Positions 27,460 to 37,778 of a DNA stretch of 64,000 nt are shown piece by piece; position 1 is the first letter of the stretch; every line of letters starts with the position of its first letter. The stretch lies in IMG/VR virus record IMGVR_UViG_3300023184_004198, positions 124,001 through 188,000 of that record; one strand, written 5' to 3'. Made by a program: the position numbers and the translations under genes. Under the pieces are notes generated by a model, which was not told where the DNA came from, made no database searches, and saw only the letters and a list, made by a program, of their open reading frames with translations.

Positions 27460-27651
27460 ATGACTAATCATGAACAAATCGTAGCCGCTTACGAAACATA
27501 CATTGCGGAAAATGAAAAATTCACAGCCAAGGGTGTCAAAGCCGCGGCTGCCCGTGCCAGAAAAGCCTTGCAAGAAATGAGCAAAGGCATCAAAGAACGT
27601 CGCAAGGAAATCACAGCGGAGAAGGAAGCTCTTGCGGCAGCACCCAAGTAA
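27460..27651 (+). CDS. Histone H1-like protein, Hc1 family
   Basis: EKFTAKGVKAAAARARKALQEMSKGIKERRKEI; promoter and AAGGAG RBS. Confidence 0.75.
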   Translation: MTNHEQIVAAYETYIAENEKFTAKGVKAAAARARKALQEMSKGIKERRKEITAEKEALAAAPK

Positions 27652-27800
27652 CGCCCAGCCTGAGATGCATGAACTACATTCATGGCCAGTGCATCTCACT
27701 GCCGACCTCAGGCAGAAACTGTTGGATGACAAACTGCGTCGAGCCCAGCATTACTGGCAGGCGCAACAAAAATCCGCAGTGCCAAAAATCGCAAATTCCC

Positions 27801-28289
27801 ATGTCAATATCAGCAACACCAATTCCCACGCTAACATTAGATGAAGTTAATGAGTTGACCACTAGTATAACCAGTGGTATAGGAACCGACACTATCACCT
27901 ACAGTCCAATCTGGAGCACAACAGGCACAGTGGTACCAGGTTATGGTGCTGCCATTGGTAATGGTGGAACTGGATACACCTACACAACCAATACAACCGG
28001 TCCTTGGATTGCCACTGGTAGTAGCCCTGGTACTTTAAGTGTCGAACAAAGCGGTACCATTGATCTGCGAGGCGAAAACCCTGACATCAAGATCAACGGC
28101 AAAAGCATGGTGGCCTGGATGGAAAAGGTAGAGGAACGACTAAACATCCTCACACCTAATCCTGAGCTGGAAAAAGAATGGGACGATTTGCGCAGACTGG
28201 GTGAACGCTATAGAGCATTGGAAAAGAAGTGTAAGGAAAAAGCCCAGATGTGGGAAGCCTTGAAAAAAGTACAACCTAAACAACCATGA
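27801..28289 (+). CDS. Thr/Gly-rich protein with C-terminal coiled coil
   Basis: ADI-like GENPDIKING..IEERL-type segment, PNPELEKEW. Confidence 0.7.
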   Translation: MSISATPIPTLTLDEVNELTTSITSGIGTDTITYSPIWSTTGTVVPGYGAAIGNGGTGYTYTTNTTGPWIATGSSPGTLSVEQSGTIDLRGENPDIKINGKSMVAWMEKVEERLNILTPNPELEKEWDDLRRLGERYRALEKKCKEKAQMWEALKKVQPKQP

Positions 28290-29074
28290 TACCCAAGCAA
28301 ATGACACCCAAACAACGCATCAAACACATCTCCAAATGGATCCGAGACTATGCCCGCAAGGCCAAGGTAGATACTTTGGTAGTAGGCATTTCGGGCGGTA
28401 TTGATTCATCAGTTGTCAGTGCCTTGTGTGCAGAAACTGGCCTAAAAACTGTTGTGGTACAAATGCCTATTCGGCAGAATCGCAAATTGGACAATCTAAG
28501 TTCAGCACAAGCAGGCTGGCTGTTGGAGCACTATCCCAACAACGTCACGCACATGAGCATGGATCTAACTCCAGTGTTCACTGCATTTGAGAAAAAAGTT
28601 TCTCCTTTTGGAGACAGTGAATTAGCGTTTGCTAATAGCAGAGCCAGATTGCGCATGATGACCCTGTATCAAATTGCACAAAGTCATGGTGGTATTGTGG
28701 TGGGCACAGGCAACCGAGTGGAAGACTTTGGCGTGGGATTCTTTACCAAGTATGGTGATGGCGGTGTGGATATTTCCCCCATTGGCGACTGCATGAAAAC
28801 TGAAGTGTGGGACCTGGGCCGCGAACTGGGCCTGCTGAAAGAAATCATTGATGCACCACCCACAGACGGCTTGTGGGCTGATGGTCGCAACGACGAAGAT
28901 CAGTTAGGCATGACTTATCCTGAACTGGAAAAGGCCATGTTGCAAGACACTTACTCAGGCATTCGCGAGTATGCCACTGCGCCAGAAAAGAAGTTACTCA
29001 AACGTTATCGTGAGATACGTGCAAGAAATCTGCACAAGATGACACCTATTCCTGTTTGCACAATACCTCATTAA
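28286..29074 (+). CDS. nadE: NH3-dependent NAD+ synthetase
   Basis: VVGISGGIDS, ANSRARLRM, VGTGN, FFTKYGDG, PPTDGLW..DE. Confidence 0.95.
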   Translation: MIPKQMTPKQRIKHISKWIRDYARKAKVDTLVVGISGGIDSSVVSALCAETGLKTVVVQMPIRQNRKLDNLSSAQAGWLLEHYPNNVTHMSMDLTPVFTAFEKKVSPFGDSELAFANSRARLRMMTLYQIAQSHGGIVVGTGNRVEDFGVGFFTKYGDGGVDISPIGDCMKTEVWDLGRELGLLKEIIDAPPTDGLWADGRNDEDQLGMTYPELEKAMLQDTYSGIREYATAPEKKLLKRYREIRARNLHKMTPIPVCTIPH

Positions 29075-29140
29075 CTACAATGTTAATGACAAAAACACAC
29101 CATTTTGACAGTTTTTTGACCGGCCTAGTGCCAAATAAAA

Positions 29141-29469
29141 TAAGTAAAAGTGGTGGTAGAACAACACATTGCAATCAAATAGGATCTTCTACTGCTGATT
29201 GGTATCTTGTCCAATTGAAAAAAACAAGTACCCGTAGCACTGGCAGAGGTTTGTCCAAGCCAACATCAGTGTTCGAAAGAGACTCTCGGAAAGTCTCTTC
29301 GTTGACAACTAGAATTGGACAGGGTCATTTCTCAGGACGCGACCTTGTCCCAAACGAGTATGCCAAGGAGGCCCGAGGTCTATCTATGCTCATCTCAATC
29401 CCTAATCTGTCAACGTGATTTACTCGGGTAACCGCGTACGGCCACGTATTGGCTTCTAAAGGAAATCTA
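29141..29469 (+). ncRNA. Long structured 5' leader or ncRNA upstream of the SleB-type hydrolase
   Basis: TAAGTA hexamer at 29141; at least five hairpins, e.g. AAGAGACT/AGTCTCTT and GGACAGGGTC/GACCTTGTCC. Confidence 0.6.
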
Positions 29470-30045
29470 ATGAAATTGAATGTTAATCGACCCAATGCTC
29501 TAGCAACTTGGGCAGGTAGAATTATCAAAACTGTGGCTCTGTTTGCAGTGGCATTTACAGTATGGTCAGTGTGTCAATCACGCATGGAAGACCTAAGACA
29601 GAATCAAAACAATTGGGACCAGTCACATGTGAGTGCCGCAGAACGACTGCGCCAGTTGAACTGCTTGACCCAAAACATCTACTGGGAGGCAGCCTCAGAA
29701 CCATTTGAGGGCAAAGTAGCAGTGGCGCAGGTCACGTTAAATAGAGTGGAATCAGGTAGATTTGCACCCACAGTATGCGGTGTGGTTTACCAGAAGAATG
29801 TGTTTTACGAAAAGGTAGTTTGCCAATTCAGCTGGTTGTGTGAGAGCACACACAAAACACGCCCAGTTTATCAGCCCATGTGGCAAGAGAGCGAACTAGT
29901 GGCCAAGAAAGTGTTGTTGGAAAACTTCCGATTGCCCAGCATGAAAAATGCGTTATACTATCACGCTGACTACGTAAACCCCAACTGGCGCAAGCCAAAA
30001 ATTGACCAAATTGGTCGTCACATCTTTTATGGAGAACGTTCATGA
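29470..30045 (+). CDS. Cell wall hydrolase, SleB family
   Basis: CLTQNIYWEA, AVAQVTLNRV, CQFSW, YYHADYVNPNW, IGRHIFY. Confidence 0.92.
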   Translation: MKLNVNRPNALATWAGRIIKTVALFAVAFTVWSVCQSRMEDLRQNQNNWDQSHVSAAERLRQLNCLTQNIYWEAASEPFEGKVAVAQVTLNRVESGRFAPTVCGVVYQKNVFYEKVVCQFSWLCESTHKTRPVYQPMWQESELVAKKVLLENFRLPSMKNALYYHADYVNPNWRKPKIDQIGRHIFYGERS

Positions 30046-30353
30046 ACAACTGGCCCTTTAATCTGCAAACTATCCGTGATTTTTTGAACAACCATTTGCA
30101 CAAAATTTCGGCAGACACCCTGGGCTGGTTGGCAGCCATTGTGTTGCATTGTGCCACTGTGCCTACATTGCTGGCACTAATGACTGGACTTTCAGATCGA
30201 GTGCCCAGTTTGGATGTGGTGGCATTTCTTTGGGCAGGACTGGTCATGCTGTTCCTGCGAGCCATTGTGTTAAAAGACACCCTAAACATCATCACAATTG
30301 GGGTGGGTTTTATAGTGCAAGCCGGGCTCATGGCCTTGATCCTGTTTAGGTAA
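30042..30353 (+). CDS. Three-TM membrane protein
   Basis: Hydrophobic, coupled to sleB. Confidence 0.7.
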   Translation: MNNWPFNLQTIRDFLNNHLHKISADTLGWLAAIVLHCATVPTLLALMTGLSDRVPSLDVVAFLWAGLVMLFLRAIVLKDTLNIITIGVGFIVQAGLMALILFR

Positions 30354-30426
30354 TACTTCAGTAGTATTGACCGGAAATTGCGATCATGCTATAATACAGC
30401 ATGATTAGCAACTCTGGAGTACTGCA

Positions 30427-30819
30427 ATGACTATGCATCTTGAAGGTCCGTGGCTCAGCATGAGCGGTAAAAAGCGCGGCAAGGTCAAGTTCCGCAATGC
30501 CGAAGAGGCCCGGCGTGCCCGCGAACTAGAACAGTCGTGGCGAGAACTGCTGAAACGCCAAGGCGTTGAAGCAGAAGAAAAGAAACGTGCTAGAGCCATG
30601 AAGGCACCTGCACTGGATTACAAACTGAGTGCCCCTCCTGGGCGTACAACCAGCACACACATTCCCAGCCGCGACACAGGTGGCAACGCTACACTGGCCG
30701 CACCCAAGGTTTACACAGGCACCAAGGTCAAGGGCATTGCCACCATGCACAAGTCAAATGCTGTGCCAGTGTTCTCGGACGAGGAGGCAGTGGAGATTTC
30801 CAGGATGCGCCGTGGCTAA
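30427..30819 (+). CDS. Conserved basic phage protein
   Basis: YTGTKVKGIATMHKSNAVPVFS motif; promoter TTGACC 30367. Confidence 0.8.
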   Translation: MTMHLEGPWLSMSGKKRGKVKFRNAEEARRARELEQSWRELLKRQGVEAEEKKRARAMKAPALDYKLSAPPGRTTSTHIPSRDTGGNATLAAPKVYTGTKVKGIATMHKSNAVPVFSDEEAVEISRMRRG

Positions 30820-31093
30820 TACTTACTACGGGGTCGCTGGTGCTGTTGTATGGAAACTACAATGGCAACACGTATCGGGTTCCTTGGAACGAAACTGGTA
30901 TCATCAACCCCGACTCATACGTGAAAGTGAACAGGTGTGGTGTCAAGGCCCACGTGGTGGCGTCAAGTTGGTCAAAGACAGCAGTGAATCACTTCCCTGG
31001 AATGTATGGGCACCGTATCTGCGGCAGGATTCAGAAAAAATGAAACAGTTTGCCTGGATCAAACTACGAGCACGGGCGTTGAAGCAATCATGA
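30812..31093 (+). CDS. Hypothetical protein
   Basis: GTG start after a GGAG-rich region. Confidence 0.5.
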   Translation: MANTYYGVAGAVVWKLQWQHVSGSLERNWYHQPRLIRESEQVWCQGPRGGVKLVKDSSESLPWNVWAPYLRQDSEKMKQFAWIKLRARALKQS

Positions 31094-31332
31094 TGCTACT
31101 GGGACATGGCACAGTGTATGGCGCACAGTATTATACTGTGGCTCCGCCCATGGCAGGTGTGTCATGGAGTGATATGGAAGAATGGTGTACGGAAACTTTT
31201 GGGTCCAGCACTGGCAGTATTTGGTTCAAGGCCAATATACAGGCACCTAATGAACGTTGGTATCAAAACAACAGCAAGTTTTGGTTCCGTGATGAAGCAG
31301 ATAGAACTTGGTTCTTGTTGAGGTGGTCATGA
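31090..31332 (+). CDS. Hypothetical protein
   Basis: EWCTETFG..FWFRDEADRTWFLLRWS. Confidence 0.65.
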   Translation: MMLLGHGTVYGAQYYTVAPPMAGVSWSDMEEWCTETFGSSTGSIWFKANIQAPNERWYQNNSKFWFRDEADRTWFLLRWS

Positions 31333-31568
31333 AACGATATCACAGTGAAGGTGGCACACAAAATCCTGACTTCCTGTATCAGGTTCGAGTGCGCGATTTC
31401 ACCACAGAAATGTATGACTGGTGTGAGGCCTATGATGATCAAGGCGAAACATTTTGTAGATTTCATGTGAAATGGAATCTGTATGACGATCACAATGAAT
31501 ATGATCGTGTGACATTTGAGCAGGAAGCACCGGCCATAATGTTTGCACTGAGATTTGGCAAGGCATGA
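31329..31568 (+). CDS. Hypothetical protein
   Basis: DWCEAY..FEQEAPAIMFALRF, same small-protein type. Confidence 0.65.
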   Translation: MKRYHSEGGTQNPDFLYQVRVRDFTTEMYDWCEAYDDQGETFCRFHVKWNLYDDHNEYDRVTFEQEAPAIMFALRFGKA

Positions 31569-32011
31569 AAAAGAAACGTTTATTAACCTATAGAGGAGAA
31601 CCTATGTTTGAAGAACCATTGAGCTGGGAACAGCAAGAAGTGTTTAGGTTGTTGAAAGCACAACCGGGCACCACTTACCAAGAAGCCGATGAAACAGGCC
31701 GGCACGTTTTTAGAGACTGGATGCGCGGCCTGCTGAATGTGGCAGAAATCACAGTGACGTTTGTCAAAGCAGATGGCACACTGCGTGACATGCGATGCAC
31801 CCTGGACCAGGATCGTATTCCGCCCCAGCCACCACGTGCAGCCAAGCCTGCTAAGGAAGCACCAGTAGATGGTATTGTGCGTGAGAGCAAAGAAGTCACC
31901 AAGCCCGAAGAAAACCACACCCAAAAAGTGTTTGATTTAGACGCAGGTGCTTGGCGCAGTTTTCGTTATGATCGGCTCAAAAAGGTCAGTGCCAGCATGA
32001 GTTTTGAATAA
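31565..32011 (+). CDS. WYL-like/SH3-barrel protein
   Basis: VTFVKADGTLRDMRCTL..VFDLDAGAWRSFR. Confidence 0.7.
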   Translation: MKKKRLLTYRGEPMFEEPLSWEQQEVFRLLKAQPGTTYQEADETGRHVFRDWMRGLLNVAEITVTFVKADGTLRDMRCTLDQDRIPPQPPRAAKPAKEAPVDGIVRESKEVTKPEENHTQKVFDLDAGAWRSFRYDRLKKVSASMSFE

Positions 32012-32037
32012 GTAATAGTATCACTTTAAGGAAACGC

Positions 32038-33033
32038 ATGGCCGCAGAATTAACTATCAAATATGTTGTAGACTCTATTGAAGGCAATTCATTGAGTACC
32101 ACTGTCACTGGACCGGAACATGGTTGGGTAGAATATTGCAATCAACGAGGACAACTTGTTTATGCTGATGCGGTCAGTGAAGAGTTTTATAAAAAATGCC
32201 ACCAACAAGTCATTGAACTCATTACCAAACATGCCATAGAAGATAACAAAAAAAATCTTGGATTTATAAATCACATAAGCAACATACTAGTCAATGATGA
32301 TTTTGTATTTCCCATGTTCGGATCAGTGCCCAACGGCGGCAGTGAACTTGAAATTACCACGGGGGTTACAAGATTAATTGCCAGCATAATGAATGGTCGT
32401 ACCGCTCGAGAATTAAAGACTGTGGCATTTACACCTAAAGGACAATCAGCAACGCAATTAGAAAATTTAAAACCTTTGACCAGTACTGCTAATTTTGAAA
32501 AAATATACAATCTTGCAGATATTGATTACGAAATCAGCATGTCGGACTCCCCAGCTGGCGATATGAGTGAGTTTCGATTTGATCGAAGTGTGCTGAAATA
32601 TTCAATCTATGACAAAAAAGATCAGGCACTGCCACATACTCAAATAGGAGCAAACGTTTCAAATTTTTGGAGTAGACATATTAAAAAAGATAAAATTCAA
32701 TTGAACATAAGATGTACTCCTGAAGTAGAAAAATTAATTCAACCCAGTAAAATTTTTAACTGGAATGTAGTGCATGAAAAACACGAAGAATGGCAATGGA
32801 GTTATGGAAGAATTTTGGGTGCATATCGAAAAACAGAAGTACCTTTGTCCTTTGATGAGTCTCAAATTCATCTCTGGTTGTACGATGTGTCTGAACCTGT
32901 GTACTTGGAATTGTTATTGCCTTGGGTCACTGGACAATATACTTGTTGCCATACCAAAAATAAAAAAGCATTGTTTTTTGACACTTCCAGTGATGTGACC
33001 AGTATGCAAATTGTTGGAGACTGGGTCAAATAA
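32038..33033 (+). CDS. Hypothetical protein (AT-rich gene)
   Basis: 331-aa ORF, TAAGTA upstream; no family recognised. Confidence 0.7.
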   Translation: MAAELTIKYVVDSIEGNSLSTTVTGPEHGWVEYCNQRGQLVYADAVSEEFYKKCHQQVIELITKHAIEDNKKNLGFINHISNILVNDDFVFPMFGSVPNGGSELEITTGVTRLIASIMNGRTARELKTVAFTPKGQSATQLENLKPLTSTANFEKIYNLADIDYEISMSDSPAGDMSEFRFDRSVLKYSIYDKKDQALPHTQIGANVSNFWSRHIKKDKIQLNIRCTPEVEKLIQPSKIFNWNVVHEKHEEWQWSYGRILGAYRKTEVPLSFDESQIHLWLYDVSEPVYLELLLPWVTGQYTCCHTKNKKALFFDTSSDVTSMQIVGDWVK

Positions 33034-33251
33034 TGGCCAAGGAAGAAACAATTAATATGGAAGGCAAGGTGCAAGAAATTCTACCCAATGCCATGTTTAG
33101 AGTATTGCTGGATGATGTCAACACAGAAGTTATAGGATACTTGTCGGGAAAAATGCGCACTCATAATATCAAGGTGTTGCTGGGTGATAGGGTTGCCATG
33201 GAATTTAGTCCTTACGATTTGACACGTGGGCGTATTACAAGAAGAAGATGA
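33033..33251 (+). CDS. infA: Translation initiation factor IF-1
   Basis: [44 protein letters not shown]. Confidence 0.95.
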   Translation: MAKEETINMEGKVQEILPNAMFRVLLDDVNTEVIGYLSGKMRTHNIKVLLGDRVAMEFSPYDLTRGRITRRR

Positions 33252-33868
33252 TAACAGAGTACAGTGCAAAGAAACCCAATATACGAGGATTGATTTTATT
33301 AGATTGTTGGGAACCGGAAGTTCGCGATCATTTTTATAAAGACAAGTATTATGTAAATCTCATTGAAAAACTCAAAGATAAAAATTTTGAGTACATAGTT
33401 CACAGCGCCCATGGATTACAAATAGATTTAAATGATACTGTCATGTCCAACACCTTCAAAGTTTGCGACTACTCTGACAATCATTCAATCATGCGTAGTT
33501 TGTTGGAACACGCAGGGGATCTTAGAACATCAAATTTGTTGGAAAAATATCTTCTCAAGCAAAATGGAGCTTCAATTAACATCATAAACATCCACGACTT
33601 TGTTTGGTTCTCTAAGGATTATTTGTTAAACCGGATAAAAAACTGGTTGATTGTAGGACATACCTGGCAGATGTGTACGCATGACCATGCACTTGGGTTG
33701 CCTCGACTGGCCAACTTATCAAAAACATATAATTTAAATTTTTATGCTACTGATTACAGTTTTTGCACTATGACCGAGCAAACAGCAGGATTAAAAGAGT
33801 TTGAACAAGACAGTCTGAATTGGTGTTTGATTGAAGATTTTGGATATCAATTACTGCCGCAGGACTAA
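33248..33868 (+). CDS. Possible isochorismatase/cysteine-hydrolase-fold protein
   Basis: LILLDCW and [11 protein letters not shown] resemble the D and C motifs of the fold. Confidence 0.4.
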   Translation: MITEYSAKKPNIRGLILLDCWEPEVRDHFYKDKYYVNLIEKLKDKNFEYIVHSAHGLQIDLNDTVMSNTFKVCDYSDNHSIMRSLLEHAGDLRTSNLLEKYLLKQNGASINIINIHDFVWFSKDYLLNRIKNWLIVGHTWQMCTHDHALGLPRLANLSKTYNLNFYATDYSFCTMTEQTAGLKEFEQDSLNWCLIEDFGYQLLPQD

Positions 33869-33884
33869 CTAGATAAATATCTAC

Positions 33885-34433
33885 ATGGAACTGAGAGATC
33901 ACATTAACCTAGTAGAGGCCAGTACTAGACCGGCCAAGTTGGAAACCACTCCCTTGCCTTATGGTCCCAAAGACTTGGCACCGGTGATGAGTGCTGACAC
34001 AATTAATTATCATTTTGAACACTTGGCCAAGGGCTATGCAAAACGTTATAATGCTGGAGAAGGCAATGCAGATTTCAATCGTGCTGGCAGTTTTTTACAC
34101 AATAAGTTTTTCCCTCAGCTTCGCGCTCCCAAAGGTGCCAACAGACCCCGTGGTGCTGTACTTGCCTTGATTGAAGAGCATTTCAAAACCTACGAAGACT
34201 TCAAAGAGGCTGTTAAAGAAAAGGCCATGAAGATACAGGGTTCAGGTTGGGTGTATTTGAGCACTGGTGGTGAAATCAAAACCATTGCCAACCATGCTGT
34301 GCGCACAGATATCTGTGTGCTCATTGACTGGTGGGAACACGCCTGGGCATTGGATTATCAAAGCGACAAAGAACGCTATCTAGATAACATCTGGAAAATA
34401 ATAGATTGGGACGTCTGTAACGAACGTCTGTAA
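33885..34433 (+). CDS. sod: Fe/Mn superoxide dismutase with N-terminal extension
   Basis: LPY..LAPVMS..YHFEH, FLHNKFF, GSGW, DWWEHAW. Confidence 0.92.
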   Translation: MELRDHINLVEASTRPAKLETTPLPYGPKDLAPVMSADTINYHFEHLAKGYAKRYNAGEGNADFNRAGSFLHNKFFPQLRAPKGANRPRGAVLALIEEHFKTYEDFKEAVKEKAMKIQGSGWVYLSTGGEIKTIANHAVRTDICVLIDWWEHAWALDYQSDKERYLDNIWKIIDWDVCNERL

Positions 34434-34442
34434 GGAGTCGGC

Positions 34443-34706
34443 ATGTGGCAACTACTGTGGGTACTACTGCCCGTTGTGGCACATGCGGACATGAATGATT
34501 GTGTGAGAGAACCCAACCAGGATAAAAAGAATTATTGTATGGCTACTTACAGCGGGAGTGCCGCTTTTTGCGATCGAATACGAGGCTACGAATATCGAAC
34601 ACAATGCATGCGAATGGTCATTGCCAAGCAACGAGAAGTCGCATATCAAACACCCAAACCACCCACAAAGGAAAAAAAGAATGAACCTGCAACCAGCGGC
34701 CATTAG
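34443..34706 (+). CDS. Small secreted Cys-rich protein
   Basis: Signal peptide plus four Cys. Confidence 0.65.
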   Translation: MWQLLWVLLPVVAHADMNDCVREPNQDKKNYCMATYSGSAAFCDRIRGYEYRTQCMRMVIAKQREVAYQTPKPPTKEKKNEPATSGH

Positions 34707-35001
34707 CAAACTAAAAGAACTTGTTGCTGAAGAAGGCAACCCTGAACTAAAACTACGAGTATTTGTACAAGGTGGAGGATGTTCAGGATTCAGTTATGGT
34801 TTTACATTTGATGAAGCTCGAAACGAAGATGATTTTGATTTCTCTTACGACACTGTGCAAGTTGTTGTAGATGCCATGAGCATGCAGTATCTACAAGGAT
34901 CAGAGATTGATTACAAAGAAGATATGATGGGCGCCAGCTTTGTGATCAACAATCCGCAAGCAGTCAGCACTTGCGGATGTGGATCAAGTTTTAGCATTTA
35001 A
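34681..35001 (+). CDS. erpA: A-type Fe-S carrier (HesB/IscA/ErpA)
   Basis: [28 protein letters not shown]. Confidence 0.92.
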   Translation: MNLQPAAISKLKELVAEEGNPELKLRVFVQGGGCSGFSYGFTFDEARNEDDFDFSYDTVQVVVDAMSMQYLQGSEIDYKEDMMGASFVINNPQAVSTCGCGSSFSI

Positions 35002-37775
35002 ACTGTTTCACCATTTTCGCGGATGAACTCAGTGTCTCCGCCTACAATATCAAACACACGCATCCAGAAGCGTTCCACTGGTCGGAATATCCAACCCCAG
35101 CGGTTTTCGCCGTAATAGTATTTGCCATAGCATACCAAGGGATCTGCAAAAGTCTTTGTGACCAAGAACTTGAACACACGTGACTCACGCATGAGTGGCA
35201 CCAGTACTTCTGCCAGTCGGTAGTAGCCTCTGCGGTTTCGACCAGTCATCTTCTCATCACGGTATCTGCGTACCACTGAATCCATGGTGCCATCACCGTA
35301 GCGAGCTTCAAGCATGATGAAGCAGCAACCACCACCACCACCGCCGCCGCCACCTGCACTGCAACCACTGCCGGCTGAACTGCTGCAACTGCCTGCACTG
35401 CCGTCGCCACCAAATCCTGTTTGTCCCTTGTTATGAACCACAAGGTTGTTGGCTATGTAAGTGTTGTTGCCATCTAGTTTGAAATTATAGATTACTTGTT
35501 GTTGATCTTGATCGCTGTATTCTTCAATTGAGTCGATTACAACCCCCACGCCGTCTTCAGTTTCGACTACATCGCCCACGGCATATTTGCCCACGGTCAT
35601 TTTATACTTGGCGTAGGTCATTACAGGGTCAAAAGATCGCCAACCATGGCCACGTATCCATACTGGGTGATCGCTGGTCATAAATGGTGTGCTGCCGTTG
35701 AATGCCATCATGGTGGCACCGGTTTCGCCCAAAGTGGGTCGCAAAAACTCCAGCACGGTGTTGTGTGCGCCATCCATACCCAGCACAACTTCCCCTAGCG
35801 CAACATCTTCGATATTTTTGCGTGAACCGTCGGCCATGGTAATTTGTGTACCAGCCACAAAGCAACAACAAATACGAACAGTGTCATACACTTTTGGTGG
35901 GGGAGGAGGCAACGCTCTCAAATCCGGGGGTCTAGATACTCTGGCCCAATCATCTGATTGAGATATAAAATAGGGCACAAAAGTTCCAACCACCGGTTCC
36001 CATACCCCAGCTTCGTTTACATACATGCCGTCAATTTGTTTCCACTCGCCATCTACATTAACAAAAATAGTTTTAACTTCTTGCCAACCGCCGGCAGTTC
36101 TCACTCTAGGACCAAAACTGTTGAATATGAACACAGCGCCACCGTTGCCACCTTGCACCGAACCTGGCAGTCCACCTTGTCCTACTCCGGGCAACAGGTT
36201 ATGATATGGACCAGTAAAAGCCACACCCGCACCATTGGGACTTAATGCTGTGCCAGTGGCAATTGGATTTAGATAACTTACTCCTACACCACCGGCTTGT
36301 CCGTAAGCATCACCTTCGCTACTGTAACCATTTTTTCCAGCGCCGCCAGGACCGCCAGGACCGCCTGCCCCTCCACCGCCACCATCTTTGTAGAAATCGC
36401 CTTGATTTTGGCCAACTTGTCCATTGGAAATTCCAGCGGCAGTCTGTCCACGTGGTCCTGGTGCATTGGATTCAGAAATACCAGTATCACTGTTGCCAGC
36501 ACCACCGCCACCAGCGCCACCTACTGCAACTGCTATCAATGTTTCATTTGGTGTTTGTGGATTTAGTACCAATGTGGTACAACCGCCAGACCCACCACCA
36601 CCACCTGAACTGCCCACAGGACCTGCCAGTCCACCAGTGGCGCCTGACCAACTTTTACTAATGACAATGGCCACACCTGCACTTGGCAAAGCTGTTTGAC
36701 TAAATGAAGCAAAGAATGAAATTGTGTGATAGCCTTGACTTACTGTAACATTTGTAGTGTATGCTGTGCTGTATGAATCAGAACCCGGTGTGGTATACAC
36801 CACAACACCATCAATGCTGAGTGTGGCTGTGTTGGCAGCAGCCATCTCAACTTGATAAGACCCAGTGTAAGGAAAATACACATTGGCATAGGTTCTAGCG
36901 CATGAACTGGCTTTGAAATTTTGTTCCCACATACCAAAGTCCAACATCAAATTGCTGTAAATATTGTCAGGCTCTGTGTCAGGATTTGGCACGTATAAAG
37001 GCGGACTGGCTACAGCACTTCTAGTATCAAATACATTTCTCACCAAACCATATCCACCCAACCCTGCATTGCCAGTTGTGGCTATGGTAAGTCCTACTCC
37101 AAATACGCCGTATGTGGCTCCAACATTGGCATTGGCAAGAATACGTATGGTATGATTACCCGGAGTTATAGTGCGTACAAATTGCACACCGCCTGACTCT
37201 TGTGTCTTCCAACTGTCAACACCGGATTCCAACAATACTTCGCCGTCAAGAAAAACTGTGGCTTGGTAATACGCTGCTAATCTAAAAACATAAGTGATAG
37301 AAAAAGGAAAAAATACAGTAAATGATTGATCAAAGTTTAAAGTATTGGCTAAACTGGTGGTACTGCCATCCAATGCTGTGCCAGTGTTCCACACACCAGT
37401 GTCATTCAAAAATTTTGACCAGCGAGCAACCGTGGTAGCACTGGCACGAGGCAGTGCTGTGGTTCTTCCAATAGGAACAGCGGTGCGTGTGTTAAAAATA
37501 CTGTCTTCGTAAGAATTGGCTATGCTACTGTTTCGGCCACTGCCACCAGCAGCGCCCACTGCAATCTCAATCACATCACCAGGATTAACAGTAAACGACG
37601 CTGATACATATCCACCACCAGAGCCTGAGCCACCTTGACGACTCCCGTCGCTGCCGCCGGAACCTCCGCCTGCACCCCAGAGATAAGCCTGTACAGTTTG
37701 TGAATATCCGGCAGCAGGCAAAGTCAGGGTTTGCCGAGCGTTGATCATGCTCAAAGGTCTAATTAGTGTGGTCAT
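34998..37775 (-). CDS. Gly-rich fibre/adhesin with two PA14-like modules, Hint domain and C-terminal CFI-box domain
   Basis: WGAGGG repeats; CFVAGT...VVHN (Hint, 35430-35864); GGCCFIM C-terminal domain. Confidence 0.8.
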   Translation of the reverse strand: MTTLIRPLSMINARQTLTLPAAGYSQTVQAYLWGAGGGSGGSDGSRQGGSGSGGGYVSASFTVNPGDVIEIAVGAAGGSGRNSSIANSYEDSIFNTRTAVPIGRTTALPRASATTVARWSKFLNDTGVWNTGTALDGSTTSLANTLNFDQSFTVFFPFSITYVFRLAAYYQATVFLDGEVLLESGVDSWKTQESGGVQFVRTITPGNHTIRILANANVGATYGVFGVGLTIATTGNAGLGGYGLVRNVFDTRSAVASPPLYVPNPDTEPDNIYSNLMLDFGMWEQNFKASSCARTYANVYFPYTGSYQVEMAAANTATLSIDGVVVYTTPGSDSYSTAYTTNVTVSQGYHTISFFASFSQTALPSAGVAIVISKSWSGATGGLAGPVGSSGGGGGSGGCTTLVLNPQTPNETLIAVAVGGAGGGGAGNSDTGISESNAPGPRGQTAAGISNGQVGQNQGDFYKDGGGGGAGGPGGPGGAGKNGYSSEGDAYGQAGGVGVSYLNPIATGTALSPNGAGVAFTGPYHNLLPGVGQGGLPGSVQGGNGGAVFIFNSFGPRVRTAGGWQEVKTIFVNVDGEWKQIDGMYVNEAGVWEPVVGTFVPYFISQSDDWARVSRPPDLRALPPPPPKVYDTVRICCCFVAGTQITMADGSRKNIEDVALGEVVLGMDGAHNTVLEFLRPTLGETGATMMAFNGSTPFMTSDHPVWIRGHGWRSFDPVMTYAKYKMTVGKYAVGDVVETEDGVGVVIDSIEEYSDQDQQQVIYNFKLDGNNTYIANNLVVHNKGQTGFGGDGSAGSCSSSAGSGCSAGGGGGGGGGCCFIMLEARYGDGTMDSVVRRYRDEKMTGRNRRGYYRLAEVLVPLMRESRVFKFLVTKTFADPLVCYGKYYYGENRWGWIFRPVERFWMRVFDIVGGDTEFIRENGETV

Positions 37776-37778
37776 TGT

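Noticed and set aside
29230-29300. c-di-GMP-I or ydaO riboswitch upstream of sleB
   Set aside because: TTCGAAAGAG resembles the GEMM P2 loop, but the flanking GGCAAA/GACGCAAA elements and the ydaO GGGG/CCC pattern are missing
35430-35864. Canonical splicing intein
   Set aside because: The residue after His-Asn is Lys, and there is no homing endonuclease; treated as a cleaving Hint domain
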